From Mytilus trossulus (lineage: Eukaryota), in the NCBI RefSeq assembly GCF_036588685.1, contig NC_086373.1, forward strand, positions 10,726,001 through 10,790,000: 64,000 nucleotides of DNA, written 5' to 3'. Below the pieces are notes generated by a model. That model was not told the origin of the DNA, did no database searches, and worked only from the letters and a program-made list of their open reading frames with translations. Shown here in pieces: positions 51,285-64,000 of the stretch. Positions within the stretch are counted from its first letter, which is position 1. Each line of letters opens with the position of its first letter. A program made the position numbers and the translations under genes.

Positions 51285-52610
51285 CGCTCGGTTTTGGTTT
51301 GTTACCCCGATTTTGTTTTTTGTCTATGGATTTATGAGTTTTGAATAGCGGTATACTACTGTTGCCTTTATTTGAATTATAGTTTTTCATGTGTGACGTC
51401 ATGCTGTTTCTAAATTTCATAAATTCAAATGTGGCATAACGTTTGCCTTTTCGCCATCGTATGTGACGTCTTTTTTTTTATTGCGTTGACGCCTGGACTG
51501 ATTCGGGTGTGTCTATGCTGTATTGAACTTGGCATCATGTATTCGGGTTTAGTTTTCTGTAATAAGTTGATACTTCAGTTTCATTATGAATATATCTTTC
51601 ACATTCATTTGTTAAAATTTACTGTTTGCAATAGCATGAATCGTTCTATATAATAGTGTTCTTATCCCGGGCATAAAAGCAATGCCGTATTTGGCAAAAC
51701 CTTTTCAACTTTTGATCTTCAGTGCTGTACAACTTTGTACTTTTTTCACTTTCGATCTTTTATATCTGGGCGTTATGTATTCGGGTTTAGTTTTCTGTAA
51801 TTAGTTCATACTTCAGTTTCATTATGTATATCTCTTTCATATTCATTTGATAAAATTTACTGTTTGCAATAGCATGAATTGTTCTATATAATAAGAATGT
51901 TCTTATCTCGGGCATACAAACAATGCCGTATTTGGCAAAACCTTTTCTACTTTTGATCTTCAGTGCTGTACAACTTTGTACTTTTTTCACTTTCGATCTT
52001 TTATATCTGGGCGTCACTGGTGAGTCTTGTGTGGACAAGACGCATTTTTGGCGTATTGAATTTTAAACCTGATGCTTTTTGTTATCTATTAATCATGCTT
52101 TTCTTTGTCTAATATGTTCTCCTTTTTTTTTGTATTGTAGTCCTGTAATATTATGTTGTCATTTCAATGTTATATTTAACTTTGCCATTAAAGTGCGAGG
52201 TTTGGCATGCCATACAACCAGGTTCAACCCACCACTTTTATTCCCCTTTGAAAGTGTCCTGTACCAAGTCAGGAAGATGGCCATTGTTATAATATTGTTC
52301 GTTTCTGTGTGTGTTGCATTTTAACGTTGAGTAGTTTGTGTTTTCTCTTATTTTTGAGATATTGAGATAAGACGTGGCACGGTACTTGTCTATCCCAAAT
52401 TCATGGTTTTGATGTTATATTTGTTATTCTCGTGGTGTTTTGTCTGTTGCTTGGTCCGTTTCTGTGTGTGTTGCGTTTCGGTGTTGTGTCGTTGTTCTCC
52501 TCTTATATTTAATGCGTTTCCCTCGGTTTTAGTTTGTAACCCCGATGATTTTGTTTTTTGTCCATGGATTTATGAGTTTTGAACAGCGGTATACTTCTTT
52601 TGCATTTATT
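51285..52610 (+). mobile_element. Hammerhead-family interspersed repeat with internal tandem duplication and duplicated terminus
   Basis: About 51537-51773 is duplicated at about 51776-52012; 51285-51372 repeats 52515-52610; decayed hammerhead at about 52009-52054. Confidence 0.8.
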
Positions 52611-55600
52611 TATTCTTTGCGTTGGATTGATTTCTCACTGATGTTTTCCAAATCTTCTTTTATTCTATAAAAAGCCCTCACCTTTTCATAAATGACATCT
52701 TGCCACCCTGCACTATAAATGGTGGCTGTACCGTATAAGTAAAATTCACAAATATGACAGCTGCAAATATAGCACTTTGTGATGTTTATTTAAACATTAA
52801 AATAAAAACCCAGTATGTAAATGTTTAATTCTATAAAAAGCAATACACGACGAGTATTCGTATTGTCAATTATAAGACAACACTACATGTATACGTCATT
52901 TGATAAGTTTAATGTTTAAAAGGCCTCCATTATCGAGTTTGACAACCACGGGAAGTCTACTTAAGAATTCTTATTGGAAGATCAATGGAAAGCACAGTTT
53001 TGTCTTTTTGCGTCAACATATAGTAAAATATTTACACATATGTTCTTTTTTGTCTCGCAAAATAGATTCTTACATGATACACGGACAGATATGACTTACA
53101 TCTCAGCATGCTCATACAAATTCATATCTATACTCGTGAAATATATAGGGCCATGATCAAATTTGATATATTTTCTTTAGGGGTACATGTGCACCTAATA
53201 TCCTTCATTTAGACTAATTTAGAAATATAATTGAATTTTTTCTATCATCCACATTATTATTCTTTATAAACTCAATAGTCTATAAATTAGTAAATAATTC
53301 TGATTAGATGATCGCATCTATGTATTTTTCACTGAATTTGAAATAAAGAATACATAAGATACAACAGCATATTATAACCAACAGTACAATGAAAGTAGGA
53401 TGTGATTAAAACAATGACTTCAAATTTTAGTTGTGAACTTTATATGTTTATGGAACAACGTTGTCGTATTATGTGCATATGTCTCTCATTTTGTGTTGTC
53501 AATTAATATTTTTGAAACAGACGATTGCTACTATTGAGACAGCTATTTATCTTATTTATAAAACTGAAACCATTTCATTTGGAAACGGTGAATGTGACAA
53601 AAAGACAGAAGCCCGACCAAAGAGTAGAAAACAGCCACAAAAAGGAACCAATTGGTTTTCATCGCAGTCAGAAAATCTTACACCTGGAGGCGGTCTTCAG
53701 CTGGGCCCTTAACAATAATTCATTCTAGTTCAAAAGAAAAAAGGACGCCACATTAAACTCCAAAACATACAATTGAACACAAATATCGTACAGAAGACAA
53801 ACCAAAGTTTGAGATTTTTGACTTAGGACTGGCGCAAAAATGCGGCAGGTCAAACATGGTTTGTGAAATATCAACTCTCTCCCTATACGTATAGCCAATG
53901 TAAAATACTAGTAACCAATGTATTATTTCTTTCATAGCAGTATTGACATTCGCTGCTTTCTGGAGGGACGGTCATTTGGGACAGTCAGAGATGATCTTGC
54001 TCTGATTTCTGATGGCTTTTTTTAGTATTTGACTGGGTCATCGTACGTCAGACTCAGAGGACAGTCCTTATAGAATACATGGAAAATACCGACCAGACTT
54101 TGGACGGGAAGTTTTTGTCTTGTTATTGTTAAATTTTCATTTTCAGTAAATGAATGGATTAAAAAATAAATAAATAAGGGGATGTGATATGATTGCAAAT
54201 GAAACATCTTTTCACCAGAAACAAGAAGATGAAGATGTAAGTAACATTTTGTCATTGCTTTTTTGATATAGAGGTACCAATTTTGTTTCCTCAACACCAC
54301 AAAAACCTGTTTCACAATTTTAAGCAACTTTCTAAGAATCTTAACCATATAATGTTTTTTGCATCTTCTTTTTTTTCATCTGAATCATTTTTGTTTGGGT
54401 TTTCATACTAAATCATGATCATGGAGTTTTGTTATGTTTGTGGGTTAACCATTTGGTATCCGCAGCCATCCACAAACTCCTTATAACAGTTAACATATTT
54501 AACGGTAACCACATACTGCTATTCATCACGTCCTGTCTTTTGTCTTTGCAAGTTATAGTTGTATCTTGTGTGAGCTTTGACCATAATACCCGTAGTATTG
54601 TATTTTGATCAGAAGCATTTTACATGTTATTTCAGCAAATCATGTGCACACCGTAGTGTATATTTCCTTCTCCCAAACCTTTGTAAGAATTGAATAATAT
54701 GATTTCAGAATCTTCACCCTATATGGCAGTCGTGCACCTCCTGTTCTTTCATTGTAAATTTGGGATTTTCTTTACCAAATTATTATAGACATTGCAAGGG
54801 ATTGGGCATAACCTGAGGGTATAACTTTGATAGGTTTTGATAGCATTGCTTTGATGATATACAATTGTATTTGAAACTGTGCATTTCAGTTAGATAAACT
54901 TCTAAAGAACCTGAACCTCAACCCGGTCTCGTTAACGTTAGTATAATAGCAGATCAGAGATAAGGTTAGTACTTGTGATATTACACTTTTGTCTTACAAA
55001 AGCTTCTTTTAAGATTTTCCTGAAATTCTGTTGTATTATGGACTTACTTTAAAAGATGTTAATCGCTGATATTTCATGATATGTTATGATAGACGATAAT
55101 GTTAATCAGTGACTGTCTTCGGCAAGATGACTACAACCATTTTGGAATTTAGGAAAGCTATATGCGATCCCCGGTTTTTCATCTATAATTTAAGTTTTGT
55201 GATTCATTAAGGATGATCACATTTTTAAAACAAACTAGTTTTCTCTTTGACACATTCGCTATTTATTTATATGGTTTTTATCTATATTCTTCACTGTAAG
55301 ATTCCTATGTTAAGTAATGGATGACACTTCTATTATTTTGTCGGACCTGAAAAAGATGAATACAATCAAGGACAATCAGAGCCGACAACCATAGAAAACT
55401 AACGTTGGCATGTTCGTATAAAGTTTTGTTTGCACGTAATTACAACTTCTTGAATATTGAACTTTAAAAAGAAATGAAACTGTCGTTCTAAGAAAGAAGA
55501 AAATTAAAATCACAAGTGAAACAAAGTGTTTATTTTATATAATTCTCAAGAGTTCAAGTGTACCACATGTCGGAGATAATCACTTCCAATCAAAAAAGTT

Positions 55601-58600
55601 TTGTAATTTCAAAAAGCTATTACTTTCAGCACTTAAGGGACAAATGTAGGCATAGCCATTACGGGCGTTCAAAACGTATCAATTACAACTCACTGTATCA
55701 AACTATCAAACCAAAACTGATGTATCACATTAGTGGTGGAAAAAGACAAAATTCTTACAATTGTTTTAGTCTCAGAGGGCAAATTCACGATCTTACGTTG
55801 GTGAAATTTCAATTAATATTTTGAAATTGATGTTCTTTAAGTCGACATGTTTCTTTAAAGAAGAGCTAGAGTGGGGAACATTAATCCGCGCACTCAATTA
55901 CACATTCAGTTTGTTATTGAATGGAAACATAAGGTGTTCTCTAATATCAAAGAGTATGATTATTTATTACAAAGGATTTTTTGTGCATAATAGAAGTTGA
56001 ATAAAAGAAATAAATATAAAACCAGATTTGTAGATAGTAAAATATTCTACATGTTCTAATAGAATAGGGCTTGAATTAAAAGAAAAAAAGATTAAGTGAT
56101 TTGAATATCATAGTCTCCATTAGCGCGTGTACATAAATGTATAAAATGAACGGGATAAATTATCGTGTATTTACAACAAAAAAACAACAAGTTAACAGAT
56201 AAGTAATAATATTCATTTATCTTATCAAAGTGTCCCATACTTGTCTATAAACTTATGAACAGATTATATAACATACATTGAGCAGGATAAATTCCCCCCT
56301 CCCCCAGTTAAACATGATAAAATTTGAAAGAAAACGTTATGATTTTGCTTTATCCGATATTTATCTGATCATGGACGTATTATGTTATTCCTTTTCATTT
56401 TACTTCCATGATCTGACTATTTCCTGCACTGATCGGTGATATTTTGTTTTACTGTAAAAATGTAAGATTTTGCATATATCATTACAAATCGACATTTTGT
56501 GATGTATAACAACACTGCAACGCGTTCAGTACGGTATTTTGTTTATTGTATAACTTTCAAGATTAATTTTGCTTGGCTGCTGTCAATTTTAAATTAAGTT
56601 TTACAAATTTTTCTTTGTAAAAAAAAATTCCTTAAGTATAATCGATAAAAAAGAAACGTTTAGAATATATCTAAATGATGAACAAACTGAATGGTATTAT
56701 ATCCAAATTGAGTATAGAATTATTAAGTTATCTCCCTCTTAAAATGAATGTAACGTTAATGTTTATATGGTGGTAAAAAAAGTTATAAAATGGCAATTAT
56801 AAAACTCACACTTACACTTTGAAACCAGGTTTAATCCACTAATGTCTGTAATAAGTCAGGAATATGACAGTTATTATCCATTCGTTTCATGTGTTTGAGG
56901 TTTTGATTTTGACATTTGATTAGGGACTTACTATTTGAATTTTCCACGGAGTTCAGTATTTTGTGATTTTACTTTCGAGTTGTTTAAATGAATTATTAAC
57001 GAAGATTAGTACGAATAAGAAAATAAAAGATACTGTACCAGCTTGTGCTATGGTAAATATTTGTATGTTTTTCTTCTTCTTTTTTTGCTTATATGCTTTG
57101 TCTTTATGCCATTTTGTTTTACTTTGTTGACAAGTTGTGTTTTTTTTTAATAGAGATTAAGATGATAACACAATGTTGACTGTTGCATCGTTAATTTTGA
57201 CATTTATACCTTTCATATCTGATTATTTTGTTCACACAATGTTGTCGACAAAAAGGAATTTTTATGCAGCTGTAATTCAAATTAGAGGTAAAGTTGGCTT
57301 TAAAAACAGGTTTTATTCATCATTTTCTACATACGAAAATGCCTGTACACAGTTATGTCAAATGCTTATCGTTATCTGTTCTTTTGATTTTGCCATTTTA
57401 TAAGGGACGTTCCGTTTTGAGTTTTCCTCGGAGTTCGGTAATTTTTATTATTTCGCTTTTGGATACTTATTATATATTTCAAAGATGCCACTTTCATCGA
57501 TGATGCAAAACCGTGATTAAAAGAGTAACTACCAATAACACAGTTTATAAAACCAGATGATTTTCCTGGACCGTTTATATCGAATGATATTTCTTAATAA
57601 ACCGCGATCATTTGAAATCAAACACTCTTGGTTATTTGTACAATAAATTTACGATCGCAAACAAATGGTTTCGTTAATCTTCTACATATGGAACATTCTA
57701 TAATTGTAATGAACAATCCATTTATTAATTAAGAGACAACAATGAGAGACGAATGAAGGCAGACATCTTTTCAGCTTGTTTGCCTTCGTTTAGATTAATA
57801 ACAATTTAACCGGAAGTGGCTTCGAAACCGGAAATGGAATTGCTGTTTTCAAAATAACGACGTCTTTGTATAGCGTGTCTGGCCATGAAAATGATTACAA
57901 AAGTTAACGTGGTAAAGCGAACAGACTAATGAAAGATCGAGCCAATTAAACTTTATTTTGAATACAACAGACAGTAGTTAACAACAGTATATTTCATTAC
58001 CAAAAGGCAAAGCTCCCCATTTCGATAATTATTTGTATGTTTTATTTTCAGTTTTTCTGAAACATGTCCTAGGGTGAAAAAATCCTTTGCATTAAATAAT
58101 AAAAGAAAGTTATAGAAATACTGTACCCTTAAGTGATATTAGTCGAAGAGTAATCTTTTAAGTACGAGAAATAACTAAATACAAATTAGACTTATGTACA
58201 TTTTTAAATATGTGATAAAGTCATCACGGTAGCACCTGTCGTCCGTCCTTTGTTAGACATTTTCATCATCTCCTCTAAAACTGTTGTAACGATTTAGAAC
58301 GAAATTTTGCAAGAAATTATTTGTAAAATGTAATGTCCTTTTAAAAAGTGAGGTGGAACCAAAAGTCAGAAGTTGTAGACATACTGACAGTACCATAACA
58401 AAATACGAGAACTGACGAAAAGACACAGAAATTTCATTATAACACTACATAGAAAACTAAAGATTGATCAGGTGATATTGATGAGCAGTAACAATTTAGC
58501 ACTAACACAAACCTGATCATATCTCATTATTTATGAGGAAGAAATCACTATTTTAATGACACAATTGCTTGAGATATATGATAACAATACATTGCAAACT

Positions 58601-58644
58601 TAATTTGTTTTTCTTTAAAAATGGCATTCAAGTGATTATACAAC

Positions 58645-59646
58645 TGCTTTTAAGGCTAAGTGAGCTTTTCCCATCACTTGGCGTCCGTCGTCCGTCGTCG
58701 TTAACTTTTATAAAAATCTTCTCTTCTAAAACTACTGGGCTAAATTCAACAAAACTTGGCCACAATCATAACTAGGGTATCTTGTTTAAAAAATGGGTCC
58801 GGTGACCCGGCCAACAAACCAAAATGGCCGCCATGGCTAAATATAAAACATAGGGGTAAAATGTAGATTTTGGCTTATACCCCTTAAACCAAAGCACTTA
58901 AAGCAAATCTGACACGGGGATAAAATTGTTTATCCGGTCAAAATCTATCCGCCCTGAAATTTTCAGATGAATCGGACAACTGATTGGTAATTTTTAAGGA
59001 AATTTTGCCGTTTTTGGTTTTTAACTTGAATACTATTATAGATAGAGATAAACTGTAAACAGCAATAATGTTCAGAAAAGTAAGATCTACAAATAACTCA
59101 TCATGAACAAAATGGTCAGTTGACCCCTTAAGGAGATATTGCCCATAATATTATTTTTTTACCAATTTTTCGTAACTTTTACAAAAATCTGTTGGGTCAA
59201 AATTCAACCAAACTTAGTCACAATCATTATAAGGGTATTTAGTTTAAACAATGTGTGCGTGACCCAGCCAACCATTTAAGTCAGTTGACCCTTTAAGGTG
59301 TTATTGCCTTTTATAGTAAATTTTTAACAATTTTCATTAATTTGCTAAATTTTTGTAAATTTTTACAAAATATTTTTCCTCTTTATCTAAAGGGCCAAGT
59401 TTACTATGTATAAAGAAAATGGAGTTGTCAGATTATTTTCGATTTATGAGTTTGACTGTCACTCTGGTATCTTTCGTTCCTCTTTTGTAAGTAGCAAGAA
59501 TGATCAGTAAAGTTAGATCTACACAAAAACACAAAAAAGTCATCACCATCACCAAAACACAATTTTGTCATGAATCCATCTGTGTCATTTGTTTAATAAT
59601 GCACATATACCAAGGTGAGGGACACAGACTCTTTAGAGCCTTTAGT
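58645..59646 (+). mobile_element. Helentron-associated non-autonomous element (HINE-like) with a small nested PLE-tail fragment (about 59420-59486)
   Basis: 5' gtgagctttt...gtccgtcgtccgtcgtc microsatellite; repeated core (aaacttggccacaatcat...); 3' aggtgag subterminal motif plus gactctttagagcc hairpin. Confidence 0.7.
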
Positions 59647-62440
59647 TAGTGTTACCCCGCTAAAATGACAGTGTTCTATGTGGCATATTTCACTGTAGAA
59701 TACACTACCGACTATAATACGGTCATTGTAATTCATTGTTTTGAATAAAAGATACTCGTATCTGAATATGCTCGTTATAACACTTAGCCTTTTAGGCAGT
59801 GTAAATATGATAGAAATAGTATGGTAAACATGTTATAAAAACTACTTTAAGTGGATATTTAAAGCCATACTTTATGTATTTTAGATAAAAAGGGATATTC
59901 CTATTAATAGAGATTCTAAAAATATTGAAGGAACATTTGTAATAATATAAAAATCCACCTAACTTGATATAAATGATTTGGCATCTTGTTAAGAATGGTG
60001 TAGCGGGTAAACACGATCTTGCATCAGATAATACGCAAAATTTTAACTAGTGTATAAAGCATGTTAGGAGTAAATATGGTTCCTTTTATTAACTTGTCAG
60101 CTCGGTAACTACTCATCAGATCATAACATCAAACACTGACAAAATTTTACCCCCAGTTTTTGGTGGTGTTTGTGTAAATTAGTCTTTAGTTTTATATTTT
60201 GTGTCTTGTGTACTATTGTTTGCCTGATAGTGTTTTTCTTTTTTAGCGATGGCGTTGTTAGTTTTTTTTTCGATCTATGAGTTTGATTGTTCCTCTAGTA
60301 TCTTTCGCCCCTCTTTTACTTTGCCGTAACTTAAAAATAGGTTAAGTTTTTCTGATAAACAGATAAGATTTCATAGACTTGGATTCCAAGTCTTGTCATA
60401 AGTAACTAAAAATGTTATAAGTTTCAGAAACACTTAAAACTTTGGATTTTACATGGGTTTGTATTAGGTATTGTTTGTAGACTATTTTTGGTGGTCGTCT
60501 TATGGGCCTTTGTTTTTTGCTATAGTGCTGTTGACAATCAACTTATGATTTTAAATGGCTCCTTTAGGTATTTTTAATCTATTGGGTACATTTTCAAAAA
60601 GGGTTAAGTGTTAAAAGCATCAAGACAGTTAAAGCCCCTCAAAATACAGATACATTGATAAATAAAATGATGTTTGAAACGAGTATGAGTATTTGATAGA
60701 TGCTTTTTAGTGCTTCTTTGATAAATATTTGTTTGTTTTTTTTCTAAGCGAGAATGTGACACAGTGCACCTCATTTTGACAATTACCTTTTGTGTCTGTT
60801 TTGTTCACGGATCGTTGCAAATATAATGGAATTTGATGCTACTTTCATACAAGTGAGAGGTTTAGCGCTATACAACCATATTCAATTTAACATTTTCTAC
60901 ATTTGAAAATGTCTGTACCAAGTCAGGAATATGACAGTTGTTGTTCATTTGTTTGATGTGTTTTATCATTTATTTTTGCCATTTGATTACGGACTTTCCA
61001 TTTTGAACTTTCCTCGGAGTTCAGTATTTTTGTGAATTAATTAATGTTTTGTGAATTTAAGAATCAATTCTCATTGGCATTCATAAGTGTTTACAGTCAT
61101 TATAATTAAGCATATTAAACAGACCAATAATTCTCAGTGGAGTATACACGAATATACCATATTTATACAATACTACAATATGAGTTTGACATTTACATAT
61201 TTCATCAGTTAACTCGATCAAAAACATGTGTTGTGACGTTCACAAAAGTAGAAAAAACATTTTGCCAAATTAACCCGTTTTATGTCGAACAACATCATGT
61301 AAAATGTAACACAAGACAAGTGTTACAAGCTATTGCCCGAATGCGACACACGGATGATAGTACCACAATCAAGTCCTCTCTTGTTCCAATGCAACACACT
61401 GATGACAGTACCACAATCTCGTCCTCTCTTGTCATGTGGAGAAAGATCCACTTACCTTCTCGAGCACCTGAGACCATCCCCGTTGTGGGAAAGGGATTGT
61501 GTTTAGTTGTCTATGTTGTCCTTTATACTGTTGGTTATTTTTTTATCGTTTCTGGGTTGTGCCATGGCGTTGTCAGCATGTTTTCGACTTATGAGTGTGA
61601 TTTCCTCTCTCGGTTTCCTTTTTAAATATGAGATTGATATAAAACTCTGTTAAATATTAGCCTCAGGATTAATTGAAGAATTGCATCCACATCTTTCTCA
61701 TATCTTGGAAAAGAACATTTATACTAAACTGGTTTTTTTTTGCAAAAGTTAGGAGTTCTATGTAAAACTCTAATGGTAGGTTTTTGAAAGACTAACTTCT
61801 TTAATATCTTGATTTAAAATCATAAAACCGAAAACTACTGGTAGTTTCATATTTATATAAATAATTAATTAACAAAATGTATAAAAATATCAAATAATGA
61901 CCTATGAAACATCGAAAGATGAAACCTACTTTGTATTTATACGTGAAACGGATTGTGGTTTAACGGTTACTTCTCATGATTAGCACATTAATATTCTTAA
62001 AACTGATAATCGTATAATTATACAACTAATATACAATTAGCAGTGTAATTGATGCCAAATGAGTTTGAAAGTCTTTAACATTGTTACATTATTAATTAGT
62101 CTTTTCATGGATGGCTACCGTAGTAAATTGGTTTCCCCAGTAGAATAAGCAAACGGTTTTAATGTGAAATATGAAATGGAGTTTAACTGTCAAGCATGTG
62201 GCTTTCAGCTTAAAACAAAATTATAATGCTAAGACTTATTTTCAAATGCTAATTATTTGAATCATATTTTACTTGAATTAGTGTATTGAGAAATAAAATG
62301 AGTTTTTGTGCTCAAAGCTAACTGGTATTAAAATAAAGTCTAGTAATGTGATCTTAAATCTTTTCAAAATTGTAGCAAGACCAATATTCCTTCCAAAGTA
62401 TTTTCCTGTTATACACATCATTGTCTGTGAAAACCCGCTG

Positions 62441-62790
62441 CCATTTCCGGAACCAGACTGACTTCCGGCTGTAGCTGTTGACAATATCTAATTGAAATAA
62501 ACCACGATAGCGAGATAACTAAAGACTTGTCTTTTAATACCCTATCGCTCTGTCATCTTGCTAATTATTTAATGGAAAATTTATTGAAATAACATTTGTA
62601 AATTTAGCTAACTTGATCTTCTTATGTACTTAACCGACAGAGCTTGTAATAGATTGTTCGTTTCATCGAATTTGTTCCGGGAAGTGCGCGGACGTTGTTA
62701 AAATGGCGTGGTATATCCAGTCAAGAAGATAAATGGACTTTACATTGACAACTTCCGTTACAAAGAAGTCTATAAACGCGCATCGTTGTC
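62441..62790. promoter_or_regulatory. Candidate housekeeping-type (possibly bidirectional) promoter
   Basis: Local CpG enrichment; ETS motifs at 62441-62450 and 62461-62468 (-), GGAAGTG at about 62680, YY1-like AAAATGGCG at 62700-62708. Confidence 0.4.
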
Positions 62791-63017
62791 AATAAAATTC
62801 CGCTTAATCTGTATACAATTTATTTGTCTGCTACGAACGATAATAATCATTTAAGAAACAATAATATTTTTATTGTATCTAGTTGTTTCATCTTTCATCA
62901 TTATATTGTAACTAACAATAAATTGCTATATTTCTCATAAACTAACAACAGATCGCTATATTACAATAATTTGCTATATTCTCGTAAATTAACTTTCGAA
63001 TATATATGTAACACTCA

Positions 63018-63162
63018 GAAACGTGTCCTTCCCCCCAAACGTGTCCGATTCCCCCAAACATGTCTAGTTGAAAACAGCGCCAAAGCGTGTCATTTCAATC
63101 CCCAGATTTCAATAAACGCTCAAACGTGTCTATTTCTTAACTAACCCCCAAACGTGTCCATA
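63018..63162. repeat. Cluster of aaacgtgtc motifs (subterminal-repeat-like transposon end)
   Basis: Six copies of aa(a/g)c(g/a)tgtc at irregular spacing. Confidence 0.5.
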
Positions 63163-63389
63163 TCCAGCGTTATTTGGTTATTGCTATTTCATTAACGTAT
63201 ACTAATTTTACCATTTCATTATAAATATACATAAGGCATGTTAGTACTTTTTCAAACCGGAAGAATTAAACTGGGTTAAAGTGGGGGCGTCATTTCGGCT
63301 ATATCGTATGTAAATTGTAAGCAAACATGTTGAGTTGAACTGTACAGTTAACGGGTCAAAGTGTCCTTTTCTCTGCACATTAAAACTTT

Positions 63390-63980
63390 AATGTTCTCTC
63401 TAATTATGCATGAAATACTGACAAATGGACAATTCGTAATCTACTGTCTAAAGTTAATTTATTCAGTTGTATGTTTTCTCTAATTTGCATGCAATACTTG
63501 CAACTAGACAATACGCAACCAGCAGTCTAAAGTTTATCTTAACAAAAGAACAGTAAAAATATTAAAACATGTATGTTCAAATGTCAAAAAATAAATAAAA
63601 ACAGGTAGCCTATGTTCGTTCTAAAAAGAACTGCAAACACATTTAAAAAAAGCAAAAACAAAACTTGTATGTTCTCTCTAAATATGCATGAAATACATGT
63701 ACTTGCAACTGGACAATACGCGATCATCAGTTTTAAATCATCAGTTTAAAGTTAATTTGTACAGTACAACTGTAAAAACATTAAAACTTGCAAAACTAGT
63801 GTGCACTCTAAATATGCATAAAGTACTTGCAACTGGACAATACATAATCAACAGTCTAAAGTTTATTTATACACTACAAAATAAATTTGCATTTAAACCC
63901 GGCGTTGATCACATAACAGTCATATTCATAAAATAAGAATCTATAAAACTTATGCATGAAATATTTGGCACTGGACGTTA
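63390..63980. repeat. Old degenerate tandem repeat
   Basis: Recurrent tctctaa(a/t)tatgcatgaaata...gcaactggacaatacg...agtctaaagtt. Confidence 0.7.
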
Positions 63981-64000
63981 TGTTTCTTATCGTGTATTTT

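Noticed and set aside
61137-61625. 162-aa ORF
   Set aside because: It runs through a 48-bp tandem duplication and a PLE-tail repeat, starts at GTG, and has no recognisable domain.
62278-62484. ORF MSTATAGSQSGSGNGSG...
   Set aside because: It uses a non-ATG start, the Gly/Ser run simply reflects the CCGGAA motifs, and there is no recognisable domain.

Overview
AT-rich, repeat-dense eukaryotic DNA; the repeat families resemble those of a bivalve mollusc such as Mytilus (inference). Nearly all long ORFs in the supplied track are artefacts of tandem repeats or transposon fragments. Real genes: (1) the first two coding exons of ALG12 (alpha-1,6-mannosyltransferase) on the minus strand, with the rest of the gene beyond the left edge; (2) a cluster of five two-exon, Cys-rich caveolin genes at about 16.6-43.6 kb (four on +, one on -). 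Main observations: the 6.4-kb satellite at the left edge is a tandem amplification of the ALG12 exon end plus its own splice donor. A 2,938-bp element in the preceding ALG12 intron has perfect 55-bp TIRs starting with CACAGTG (the V(D)J RSS heptamer) and a 5-bp TSD, so it is Transib/RAG-like. Two inverted caveolin paralogues share a 233-bp identical tract, suggesting gene conversion. Four of the five caveolins stop before, or lack, the C-terminal beta-strand. Also present: Penelope-like RT fragments, decayed minimal hammerhead ribozymes, several MITEs with TSDs, and an old inverted pair of double-ETS elements near the right end.
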